Shown here piece after piece: positions 12,189 through 23,868 of a stretch of 64,000 nucleotides of DNA. The notes below the pieces were generated by a model. The model searched no databases. It was not told where the DNA came from and saw nothing but the letters and a program-made list of their open reading frames with translations. This DNA is from Eledone cirrhosa (Eukaryota). Positions within the stretch are counted from its first letter, which is position 1; each line of letters opens with the position of its first letter. The stretch covers positions 174,654,001 through 174,718,000 of the forward strand of contig OZ024741.1 of the NCBI GenBank assembly GCA_964016885.1, in the 5' to 3' direction. The position numbers and the translations under genes were made by a program.

Positions 12189-12483
12189 GTAAGTATTGCT
12201 ATTTCTCTCTTCTTAAATCTTTACTTCTTGCTACACATATGCTAATATGTGTTTGAATTATAACACTGCTATTTCTACATCGCTAGACTTAACTCTTATC
12301 ATCATCATCATCATCATCATCATTTTACATCCTCTGTTCCATGCTACCATGGATTGGATGGGTCCTCTCCAGCCTAGCTTTCTTCCACCTGCAGTGCTAC
12401 TTTGTCATCTCTTCTGTGAGGTTCAGTGTTTTGAGATTTTGTTCAGTCTTCTTCTACTGTAGCTTCCATCCACTGGCATCACC

Positions 12484-13759
12484 TATTTGTTCGCAAGATT
12501 ACTGTCTAGGAAAAAATAACACAGTAGTTTTATTTTTTAAGATATATTTATCAAACTTGGTTCAGTTTGTCTTCATAACTTGTTCTTTCAATCTCACTCG
12601 ATAAACCCACCATTGGCTTTGATGACGGCCTCAAAGCGGCCTCGGAACCAGCTACAGGCCTTCATCACTGTCCCCCGACTTAGGCCCCTAAAGGCACTTG
12701 TGATCCTGGCCTTCAGATCGTCTTTCATATTGCAGCTAGATCTGTTGGTGTCTCGTTCCACTGCGCCCCACACAAAGAAGTCGAGGGGGTTGCAGTCAGG
12801 CGAGCTGGGAGACCAGATGTCAGATGAAGTGTGGTCGACGAAGTTCTCTGACAGCCAGGCTTGGGTCTTTCGGCTGGTATGGCAGGGTGCTGAGTCTTGC
12901 TGTCACACATACGGCCTACCTGCAGCTACCTCGTTGATCCAGGGCTTTACTACCTCGCTCAGAACGCGGATGTAGCCATCAGTGTTCAGCTTGAGGCCTC
13001 AGGGAAGAAGTGAGGTGGCATGACATCACCTTGACTGCTGACGACACCTAAGACCAATGTTGTCGCTGGAAACTTTGTCTGCATGACTCTGGGCACGTCT
13101 TTGGATGAGACAGCGAGCCACCTGTTGTTCTGGGAGTTGATCTTCTGGTCTTGGCAGAAGTTTTTCTCGTCAGAGAAAAACAACAGCATGTCTGGCTCCA
13201 GTGGGTGTTTCAACTTGTTGATCAGCTTCTTTGCGTGCTTCAGTCGCTTTTCTTGCATCGCCTTTGACAGAAATTGTCCTTTCCTCATCTTGTATGAAAT
13301 GTAGTGAATGTCTTCATGTACCACCAGCCTAATGAGCTTTTCATCCACGCCTTTCTCCCTTGCAATGGCATGTATCGACTTGCTAGGTTCATTGTTGATG
13401 ATATCCTGAACTTCAGCGACGAACTCGGGCGTTCTGAAGGCGTCAGATCGTTGATCATGTGTTTTCCTCTCTGATGTTGCTTCGTAGTCGAATCCTGAAT
13501 CTTCCAATTCCTTTCTAACCTTTTCCACCATTCTCCTGCTCATGCTGAGAAAGTCTGAAATTTCCTTATTTGTTGTCCTGGCGCAGATTCCAAGAAGAAC
13601 TCCGTGTCTCTTCCACAAATTTGGAGATTCAAAATTATTCATAATCAATTATTCTGAAAATAAATAATGGAAATAAGACAAGAGTGACAACGGAAGTAAA
13701 ACAAATTTGCATAAAATTAACAGTTGAAAATTGCAAACAAATATCATCCACACCCTGTA
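12484..13759 (-). mobile_element. Tc1/mariner-superfamily DD37D (maT-type) transposon, inactivated
   Basis: Transposase ~13648 to 12594 with FFSDEKNF ... QQDSAPCH ... SPDCNPLD, and 37 residues counted between the 2nd and 3rd Asp. Frameshift near 12995 and in-frame TGA at ~12903. Right end TA-CAGGGTG at 13759; left TIR truncated. Inserted within an RTE fragment (~12300-12483 and 13760-13891). Confidence 0.9.
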
Positions 13760-14149
13760 CATTGCATGTCCAAACCAGTGTAGTCTTCTCTTTTGCACAT
13801 GACATCTGATTCCTCTTATACCCAGTTTTTCTCTCAGTTCATCCACACTCCATTGTTCCCGCACATTAACATTACTCATGCAACAGAGCATCCTTGTTTT
13901 ATTGGATGTGCAATGTAATAATTTGGCAGAAAATATCTAAAAACAGGTTTGTTAATTCAAATGTTGATACTAGCTTTACTGGTGGACAGATTGTTGTGAA
14001 AATAAGTATATAGTATTAGAGTAAAGGCTTAAATTTGTCATATGATGCAGTCATAGTACTGTTTTGTATTCTTTAAGAATATCTTGCTATTGTGATCTTG
14101 TCGTACAGGATTTTAAGCATTAATTCACTGCCCGGTTTAACACACACAC

Positions 14150-15202
14150 CTGACCCTAGGGTTCCTTTAGCGGAGTCCATTTTATTGCAAGCATTTGGAC
14201 CATATCTCCAATTTAAAGACAACTTCCTCTTAACCAGTCACAGTGACCCTGAAAAGCATCACGAGTACTGCCTTTTCCACCTTGTTGTTTGTGACGCTAA
14301 ATTCTGCCAGTTGCAGACTGCGCATCAATACGAGATATTTTTCTCCACAAAGTTCAATCACCAGCAGCAGAGTTTAAAGAGCAAAGATCAAGTCCAGTCC
14401 ATGAATTGACATTGTCAAGCCATTGTTTTGGCTGCCAGCCTTTGCTTCTCTTACCAGCCAACCTTCCTTCCAGACATAACCTACTCACACCACGAGTTGA
14501 TCTTTTTATATGACCGTATAGTTTGAATAATCTTGACTTGACAATTGATGTAATAGGTCTAAGTATGATTATGTTGAGCAGCTCACTGATATAGATATGA
14601 TCGCTGAGCTGCTTGCCAGTCATAAGTCTCATGATGTGATTCTGGAATGTAGAGAGCTTCTGAAGTGACCTTGTCGTCCAATTAACACAGTTAAGATCAT
14701 ATAACACAACTGAAGAAGAATACTCCTTTGGCTATCAAATAGGAGGTAAAATCCTATTAAATCTTAGCTATGCAGACGATCTATTAAATCCTTTTAAATC
14801 TTATTAAATCCTATTAAATCTTAGCTATGCAGACGATCTGAGTTACTCTAGGACTGATCTGCAAGACTTTCTGAATGTACTGGCCAAACATTCGTTGGAG
14901 GCTAGCTTACACATCAACATCTCCAAAACAAAGTGTATGACAACTGTTAAAAATAATGCCAATCACCAACTCACAATCTACAATCAGCAAATTGCTCAAG
15001 TTAAGGAGTTTGTATATCTCAGTCAAAAACTATCATCAAACAACAATGGAATGGTTGCTGCGCAATATCACATCGCTCTAGGTTGGGCAGCTTTCAACAA
15101 GAACAAGGAAGTACTAATATCAAAACGAGTTTCCTAGCATTTGAAGGCTAAGATCTTTGATACTTACACCCTATCAGTTGTGTTATATGGTCTTGATTGT
15201 GT
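14150..15202. mobile_element. Decayed LINE fragment with inverted 5' segment
   Basis: Minus-strand piece 14150-14714 encodes KLYGHI..GKRSKG. Plus-strand piece 14720-15202 encodes LSYADD, INISKTKCM, EFVYL. Confidence 0.75.
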
Positions 15203-17749
15203 TTTCCTCCTTGACTAAATAGTAAATAGAAAAGTTTCAGAGTGATAATAGACCTTGTTGTTAAATCACAGAGATCTTTCAATAGAACAGAGTAAAAATT
15301 AACTTGACTAGTTTCAGAAGTTTTTACTAGATCATCAGGTTGCTAAATATATGAGAAAAGTAAAAAAAAAAATAAACAAAACAACACAGGAGAATAATTC
15401 AATACAATGATTATATGTGTTAGGTTAATGCTTGATATAATAGGAAACAAATATTAACCTTTCATCAAAATATAGAATGAAAAAGAGAAGAAAAAATAGA
15501 AAGTCTGATGAGAGTAAAAAAGGCAAGAAAATGGAGGAAAAAAATTTTTTTTAGGAAGAAAACACATGTGGAATATATGTAAATTTATTTACAAGCTTAT
15601 CCATATACACACTGTCCCAGTACTTTTAATTTGAAAAAAATTAAGGATCAAGTGTGGTGCTCCCCTTCTTCCTCTGACTAAGTCAGCAGATAGGGCTCCA
15701 AACAATGAACTGAGAGATTGATAACTTATATTGTGTCACTAGCACTATGTTGTGTCCATTGTTAGAAACTTCAATCTGAAATTTCCAGTGGTACATTGTG
15801 TCCAAATTGTATCTGTAATTGTCACACTCTGTATCATGCTGAATCTCCCTGAGAATTAACTTAAGGGTGTATGTGTCTGTGGAATGTTCAACCATTTTCA
15901 CATTAATTTCACAAACAGGTTGTTCCATTGTCTGAACAACTGGAACACTCATCATCAGAACTGATGGCGGGGATTCAACGACACTATGCGTAGATTGAAG
16001 CTTTTTTTTCATTATATTGAGATCTCAGAACAGATTTGGAAATACACAAAAATACTAGAACCAGATACTTTTGAGTGCTTTGAGGAGAGATGATAGCCAG
16101 TATTTCTGGTTGTGCCTTGCTTCACACATTCCTTAGGTTGTATTCAAAAATATTTTTCTAAATAAAAAAAAACTATTTTTACATTTAAACACTTTGATAC
16201 CAACCCACTCAAAACCATCTCTGGTTTTATGGTATGAAAAACTATTTGTTTTAAAGTGTTTACAATATCTAGAAACCTTCCATCATAATTTTATGTAAGA
16301 ATATCTAAGATATGTTACAAACGCTATCTTAATAATGAAATGATTAGTAATTTACATAAATCCCTCCAAATTCTTAATTAATTCAAATATAGTGTATTTC
16401 GTTTAGAATTTGACAATAAAATGGTGAAAAAATAATTTCAAAAAGCTATTTTAAATTCTTCTATTCAAGTCTTTGATCTGTAGACAGAGTTTCTTCAAAG
16501 AGATTTCTTTAAGAACGTTCAAATATCTCTTTGTTTTGCAGACTTCTGTCTTGTAGTGGCTGTTGTATTTTTAACTACATGTGCTTGTAAAATTTTATTG
16601 CATGAAAGAAAAAAAGGAAAAAAAAACTTTTGTTCAAAATTAGACAGAATTGTATTCATACATGATTGAGCTTGAGACAAAAACACCATTTTTTCAATTG
16701 TTTTGGTTCTAACTTCATCTACGTTGGAGCAAATTATTGTGTCTCAGTTTTGGTATCAAATACTACACTAATAGAGGTGTATGTGAAGGTGTGTATGATA
16801 TGTTTATGTTTGGTAAACATACAAGAGTCTTGCTATGAATATTTTAAGCTATGATCATGTCACAATTACCTCTTTAGCCATATGTTTCCAGACCTGTGTT
16901 TCTGGATTTTTATCCAACACTGGTGACATTTAATCACTCAGTACTGAAACAAAAATAACCTATAGCAGGCATGAGCAACTTTTTTTGAGCAGTGGGCTGC
17001 ATAGGATGTGGCTCATAATATGGCGGGCTGCACTACTAGAATGTTCAAGGCAATTTTGAAATTGTGTGTGCCATTAAGAAAGCCAAATGGGCCACATGTG
17101 GCTCATGGGCTGCAGTTTGCCCATGACTTATGTACTGTTTTGTGGGTGAAATACGGCTGGAAATGCTCATTTGTATATGGTGCAAATAAAACATGGGATA
17201 CTCTTTTCCATATAGTGTGAGCTTCACTATCTAGGATTAGCTATTGTTAATTAAAACTACATTATCAATAATCTCCTTCCCTGAAAAAGTGTGTGGGTTA
17301 ATTCAATAGCTTTGTCAACTGCAACCCAGTCATTGATATATTTGTCCTTGAGACATAGTAATGGATTTTCTATAGACATTGTTTGTCCTGTCTTTCATTA
17401 TTTATGGTGTGCTCTTTTAAAGACCATCAGAATCCTCTTTATTGCCAGAAATTTAATCAGCAGACATGAAAGTGTTTGTCATATTCTCAAAAGAGTGACA
17501 GGCTTAACTCTATTTTTATACCAAACTGCTTTAAACAATCCCTAATCTTATGGCGCAAAAATGTCTAGTTTAAAGTGTTTACCACTTTCATCATCACCAT
17601 CATCATTTGTACATCGACTTTTCAATTCTGGCATGATTGGATGGGTTGAGTCAATGTTTTACAGCCATATACTCTCCCTGACACCAACCCTTTTAGTTGC
17701 TTCTTATGGCACACAAGGATACAATATAGCTTTTCTAAACTGAATACAC

Positions 17750-18158
17750 ACAGTTAACATGTATTTAAAAACCTTCCATCACCATTTTATATAAGAACCT
17801 TATGTTCCCAACACCAACTTAATAATGGGAAAGTTATATCTCTAAATCCTTCCAAATTCTGGATTATTTTCAAAATTATTTGAAACAGTGTCTTTCATTA
17901 GAAATATGGTAATGAAAGGGTTAACATAAACTGATTTTTAACCCTTTTGTTATCATATTTCTAATGAAAGACACTATTTATGTGTTTCAAAACATTTTGA
18001 ATGTAATCAAGAATTTGGTAAAATAACTAACTTTCACATTATTAAGTTGGTATTTGGAAGATAATTTAACATAAAATTATGATGGAAGGTTTTACATAAT
18101 TTCAAAATAAACAGCTTTGTGTCATTGAACCATCAATGGTTTGATATCAATAGGGTTA
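17750..18158. mobile_element. TTAA-ended MITE family B, two adjacent copies in opposite orientation
   Basis: GAAAGGG-TTAA at ~17914-17924 and TTAA-CCCTTTTG at ~17938. The core 'catatttctaatgaaagacactg' and 'aaccttccatcataatttta' recur at ~9040, 9820, 20730, 43170, 45800, 48320, 51750, 52400 and 54570. Confidence 0.7.
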
Positions 18159-19050
18159 AATCAATATTGTTATCCACTGCAATTCATTTGAGATGTAATG
18201 GATTTTTTATTATTTTTACTGTCTTTCATTATTTATTTTGTGTGCAGTGTTGTGAATTAACAGAATCGGTAGAGCATTGGACAAAATGTATTGTGGTATT
18301 TAGTTATGAGCTCCTGTGTTCTGAGTTCAAATCCTGCCACGGTCAACTTTGTCTTTCATCCTTCCAGGGTCAATAAAATAAAGTACCACTTAAGTACTAG
18401 GGTTGATATAATTGGATTGCCCCTTCCCCAAAATTACTGGCTTGTGCCAATGTTAGAAAGAATTATTTATTTTGTGTATAGAGCAGTGGATTGGCAGTAT
18501 CAGTAGAGCGTTGCACCAAATGTATTGTGATATTTAGTTATGACTTTCTACATCCTGAGTTCAAATCCCTCCGAGGTCAACTTTGCCTTTCATACTTTCG
18601 AGGTTGATAAAATGAAGTACAAATCAAGTACTGAGGTCAATATAATTGACTTTCTCATCCCCACAAATTGTTGGTCTTCTATCGAAATTAGAAATCATTA
18701 TTTAATGTTCTGTCTAACATTAAATACTCTTTATTAACAGAAATAATATATAGACACAGGCATAGCCATGTAGTTATAGAGTTTCCTTTTCAGTTCAGTT
18801 CTACTGCATAACACCTTGGATAAGTGTCTTCTGCTATAATCTCATGTTTATCAGTGCCTTGTAAGGGAAATTTGGTTGACAAAAACTGTGCAGAAGGTTG
18901 ATGTGTATATGAATGTATGTGGTTTAGTGTGTTTGGCTTACAATCATAACTTTGATTCTCAGTGGCATATCACTTTATTTCACATTGTTCCAGTCCACTC
19001 AATTGGCAAAAGTGAATTGTATCTGAAATTCAAAGGGCCAGCCTTGTCAC

Positions 19051-19945
19051 TAGGCATATGACTTTTTTACAACCCCATATGAGCATGCTATTTTCTAATG
19101 AGGTTTTTGTCATAAAGAAAGAATTACAGTAGTTTTTTTGTAAATTTTGAAAAAAATTCTTGCACATACTAAATTATAATTTTAATTTTTTGGTAATTAG
19201 CCAGTCCCATAAAATAAATACCTAAAACAATAAATTATGACAATAAAAAATTTATTTTAATTATTAGTTAAACAAAATTTAATCTCTAAGGTTCTACTAC
19301 TTTTACAAAATGGCAAAAGGTCCTGCGCAACATTACAGCTCGCTCAACGCAAATGTTCGAGCGTTGTGTCACAATTGGAGATTCTTCATTAGACTCAAAT
19401 TTTCTGACGGTGTTTGCAGCCTTTTCACATTTGGCCTTAATTAGTTGGTCAATGAGTTTCTGCTTGCTGTCAGCGCTATGCAGTTGACTTGAGAACCACA
19501 TTTTTCCCCACATTCCGCAGATGTATTCGGCACCAGCGCGCAGCTTCGCTCGTTCATCAGGCATCAAAATAAACCCAAGCAACAAATAAATTGCCCGGCT
19601 ATTCCAACGAGCATTGTGCAAATTAGGTAATTTCTTAAAATTTATTTTAGGAAACGCACCGTTTAAAAAAAATGTTGCACGGCTATCATGAGATGCTGAA
19701 GGAAATCCATGTCACTTCTCCAGTGTGTCGGGGTTTCATTAATTTCCGTCGTTCCATTTGAAAAGTTCTGCTTCAGTTTGTCATAGTTCTTTAAAATGGC
19801 CTCAACAAAGTAATAATTGATATATGGCGAAGTTGTTTTGCTACTATATAGTTGATCAAAATAAACTTTCAATGCACGGTCTAAAATGTGGTGCTGGCAT
19901 CCAACATATAATGGCTTGCTGTAACCGCGATGCGCGATCTCACTA
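19051..19945 (-). mobile_element. DNA transposon remnant, hAT-superfamily (hATm-like) transposase C-terminal half
   Basis: Fragments GCQHHILD, WRSDM, HNARWNSRAIY and SNICVERAV across ORFs 19663..20013 and 19286..19621. CpG-richer than flanks. TAGG putative terminus at 19051. Subfamily call is from memory of motifs. Confidence 0.55.
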
Positions 19946-20364
19946 TTGAGCATGGCCTCATCGAATGACTGAAACCAGTAAAAGAATAAATGAAAAAAAG
20001 AATACATGTCCACATCTATTTCCTCCTTAAAATGCTTAGCTTTTGCTAAAATTATAGTATATAATCACTTCAATACAACAACAAAAAAACAATCGTGTAA
20101 TATTTCATCTAAATTTTTATATCTTTTGGTCTTTTCAAATAATTCTTATTTGCTATTTTATTGTGAGACTCAGAACAAACAGAAAAAATCTAAAAAAATT
20201 TGTTTTGAGTTCTTAATGTCATATGAAGTCAGCAATTTGATACTATATTCTTCTACTTCTGCCTCATTCCACATCCAATGTATCTTTTGTTCTCCTTTGC
20301 TTCTTTCTCTCATTAACTTTAGACATTCAGGTGGAGTGCATGACAAAGAATGAAATGTTTAACC

Positions 20365-20690
20365 ATTTTAATACCAACTGTCCTTAGTTTTATGACACAA
20401 GGCTGTTCATTTTAAAACCAAGTCACCTAAAATCTTCCTTGGTTTTATGATGCAAAACTGTCCATTTTAATACCAACCTACCTAAGACCATCGTTAGTCT
20501 AATGATACAAAACTGTCCATTTTAAAACCAACCAAGACCATGCTTAGTTTTATGATACAAAGCTGTCCATTTTAAAGCCAAGTCACTTAAGACCATGCTT
20601 AGTTTTATGACACAAAGCTGTCAATTTTAAAGCCAAGTCACCTAAGACCATGCTAAGGTTTATGATACAAAGCTGTCCATTTTAGTATCA
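20365..20690. repeat. ~55-bp minisatellite, ~6 copies
   Basis: Unit approximately TTTTATGATACAAAGCTGTCCATTTTAAAGCCAAGTCACCTAAGACCATGCTTAG. Confidence 0.85.
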
Positions 20691-20999
20691 AAGCCTGCTC
20701 TTAAAATTATACATTTTCAACAAAAATATTAACTCTTTTGTTACTGTATTTCTAATGAAATACATTGCCTATGTGTTTCAATTTATTTTGGAGAAATCTC
20801 ATAAAATTACTAACTTTTTCATTAGTATGCTGATGTTTAGAACATTATTCAACAAAAATTTCTTTAATAGAATTATTATGGAAGTACGAACATTTTAAAA
20901 TGGGTAATTTTCTAATACAAAACTAGAACAGTTGTAGGTGGGTTGGTATCAAAAAGGTTGAAAAAAAATGTTAACCAATTTCACTTCAGTCAAACTTCC

Positions 21000-23425
21000 A
21001 CTCGCATCAAATCAGTTCATTGTATTTAATCCTCCCTGTCCAATGTATGTTATTGCCCTTTGACCGAAACTTCTTTGTCTAATGGTGGTTTCTACAGTAC
21101 CAGTTTTAATGCCTCTTTCTCTGGGTGTCTTACACAGTGTCCTGTTAAATTCATCCTCCTGATGCCTACCTTGGATCACCCAGATGGTTGATTTGTTAAT
21201 TTGTCATTCTGTCTTGCCATGACTCACTCAATGTCATGTGCAACATTCTAGTATAGCAACCATCCAGCTTGTTCTCCATTGCCCTGACAACGGTTCATGT
21301 TTCTTTTCAAGTTGGATTTCTATATTTTATTCATTTTGTGATATATTGTTTATGCCAATGCCTTCTTTATTTCAAAATATTTTTCAGTGCTTTTCATCCA
21401 ACCACCCAGATATTTAAAATGTTTCACCGGACTTGATTATTGTACCAACTCTTGCTTTAATAGCTGTGTCTTCTTAGCATTTAGGTATAGTCCTACTTTA
21501 GCCCCTTTATCTCGATGCACTTCAGCATTTCCTGTGTTTACTTAATTTCTTCCTATATTGTTTCTATATCATCTGCAAAGTCTGTGTCAGTTAAGATCTC
21601 TGGTTTGTGTCTGTGGCTTTGAGATGTAAGCTTACATCTCAATTCTTCTTCCCTTCCACTAATTGCCTTTCACATTGCATAGTCAAGCACAATTGCAAAA
21701 GGATAGCGTGCAAGTGTATAATATCCTTGTAATATTATCCTCAAATACTCTTACTCACCATAAAGAATAACTCTCACTCGTGTGTTCTCCCAATTGCTTT
21801 GACAAACTTTACTGGAATATCATATGCTTTTTAGTTTCTGGAACATTCTTCCACAATGGATATTGTCAAAGGTGATTTTGAAATCTATAAGAGCACAGCT
21901 TTTAGATTGTGTGATTTCACTCCTTCAGTCACTCTCCTCAAAGTCAAAATATGAGCTGTAGTTGAGCATCCAGTTTAAAATCCATTCTGATTAGGTCTTA
22001 AATGCTTATCTATCTTGGGTTTTATTCTATTCAAAGGCATCCTATTTACCAGTTTAACAATGATGCTCAGATCTCCAGACTTCGGCAAAGGTTTTAAGTC
22101 ACTTTTGACCATTGTTCGAGTTTTCCCCCATCTAGTAGTTGTTTGCAAAGTGTGGCATGATATTATCTATGTCACAGTCTTTTCACACTTTAGCATTTAA
22201 ACCGGCCATATCTGACCAGAATTCTCTCACCTCTTTCTGTTCAAACCAGCTGTAACCAGCCACTCATACTGATATTAAGGTATTGTTCTCAAAATAAATA
22301 ATATCCAAATTCTCATAGATTTGATATTATGTGAGGTAAAGCCTTTACCGTGAAAATATAATGGTATATATAGAGTAATGTAAATGCTAAAGGATTAAAT
22401 ACTGCTTGATACTGGTTCATGTGATATCCTCATGTCTTGCATTATTGGTGTTATATCTTCATCTCCTTCTACAATCAGTTCTTTTCCCAAAAGTTCTTTG
22501 AAGTTAATACACCATTTATTGATTCTGTCTTCTTTGCTCTTGGCCATGACCATACCCTGCTTAGTTCTTTTCTGTCCTGTTATTTCATAAGCTAATTTCC
22601 AACTTTCCTTGTGCTTTGAATTGTATTAGCTGCCTCCACATCTTTTATCATCTTTTCCAATTCTTCTTCCATGCCAGAGTTGTACATATCTTACTCTTTT
22701 GCACTTTTGCTGTTTCATTTTGTTGATTTCTGAGAGTATTTCCTGGTAGAACTCTCAACTTTTTCTCTTGCAATTGCAATTAGCAGTTCTTTTGACACAT
22801 CCTTTCTTTTATTCCTCATCTTTTGGAGTAGATGTTGTTTTGCTGTTTCCTCATTGGCACTTATCAAGTTTTCATAGGTCTCAGTAATTGTATCATTGTC
22901 AGTACATAGGCTTTCAAATTATTTTTCACAGTCACAGTATGTAGTGCTTGAATATCCCCATTTTTGAGTGCCAACCACTACTAAAATGTTCTGTGTGATA
23001 GGGCTTTGCTAGTTCTCAAACTCAATTTTATTTTTGCTGTTATGATTCAATAATTTGAGCCAATACTGTTGAATGTATTATACACCTGGCAGTTATGTAC
23101 AGAGTTCTTCCATTTTCTATTTACCATGATGTAATCAACTTTGGTTTTACTTTCACTCATGTCTGATATATATATATCTGCAGTTTTACCTTCAAAGTTG
23201 GCAACTATCATCCTCTTATTCCACTTATTCATTTCTGAAAGTGCAGCTACTACTATTTTGTTAACCATTATGCCAGTACCTCCTGATGTTGCATTTCTTA
23301 TATTACTCCATATTGATGTTTTAATAAATACACTCTCTTCAACTGTTGCATACACTATGTCATCTTCACCATCTTTGTGTATAATTTTGTAGTCTACAGT
23401 GCCTAGTATTGAAATGGACTGCACC
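21000..23425 (-). mobile_element. Decayed LINE with APE endonuclease and RT remnants
   Basis: ORF 23047..23424 has endonuclease-like GGTGIMV, VDYIMVNRKW and IGS. Minus-strand remnants QNGF (~21985), FADDI (~21575) and FKYLG (~21415). Many stops. Interrupted by a MITE at ~22183-22398. Confidence 0.75.
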
Positions 23426-23868
23426 TTAACACTTTAACATTTAAACCAGCCATATCTGGTCAAAATTATCTCACCTCTTTCTGTTCAAACCAGCTGTAAC
23501 TGGCCACTCACATTGATGTTAAGGTATTATTCTTAAAATAAATAACATCAAACTCTCATAGATTTTATATTATATGAAGCAAAGCCTTTACTGTGAAAAT
23601 ACAATAGTATATATAGAGAGTAATGTAAATGCTAAAGGATTAACCCTTTAGCATTTACATTTCTCTATATATACTATTGTATTTTTGTGGTAAAGGCTTT
23701 ATGTTACATAATTATCTCACATAGTATCGAATGTATGAGATTTTGATGTTATTTATTTTGAGAACAATACCTGAACATCAGTATGAGCGGCTGGTTACAG
23801 CCGATTTGAACAGAAAGAGGTGAGAGAATTCTGACCAGATATGGCCGGTTTAAATGCTAAAGGGTTGA
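23426..23868. mobile_element. Two MITE-A copies in inverted orientation sharing one TTAA (23640-23643)
   Basis: ...GCTAAAGGA-TTAA-CCCTTTAGC junction. The two halves are approximate reverse complements. Confidence 0.85.
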
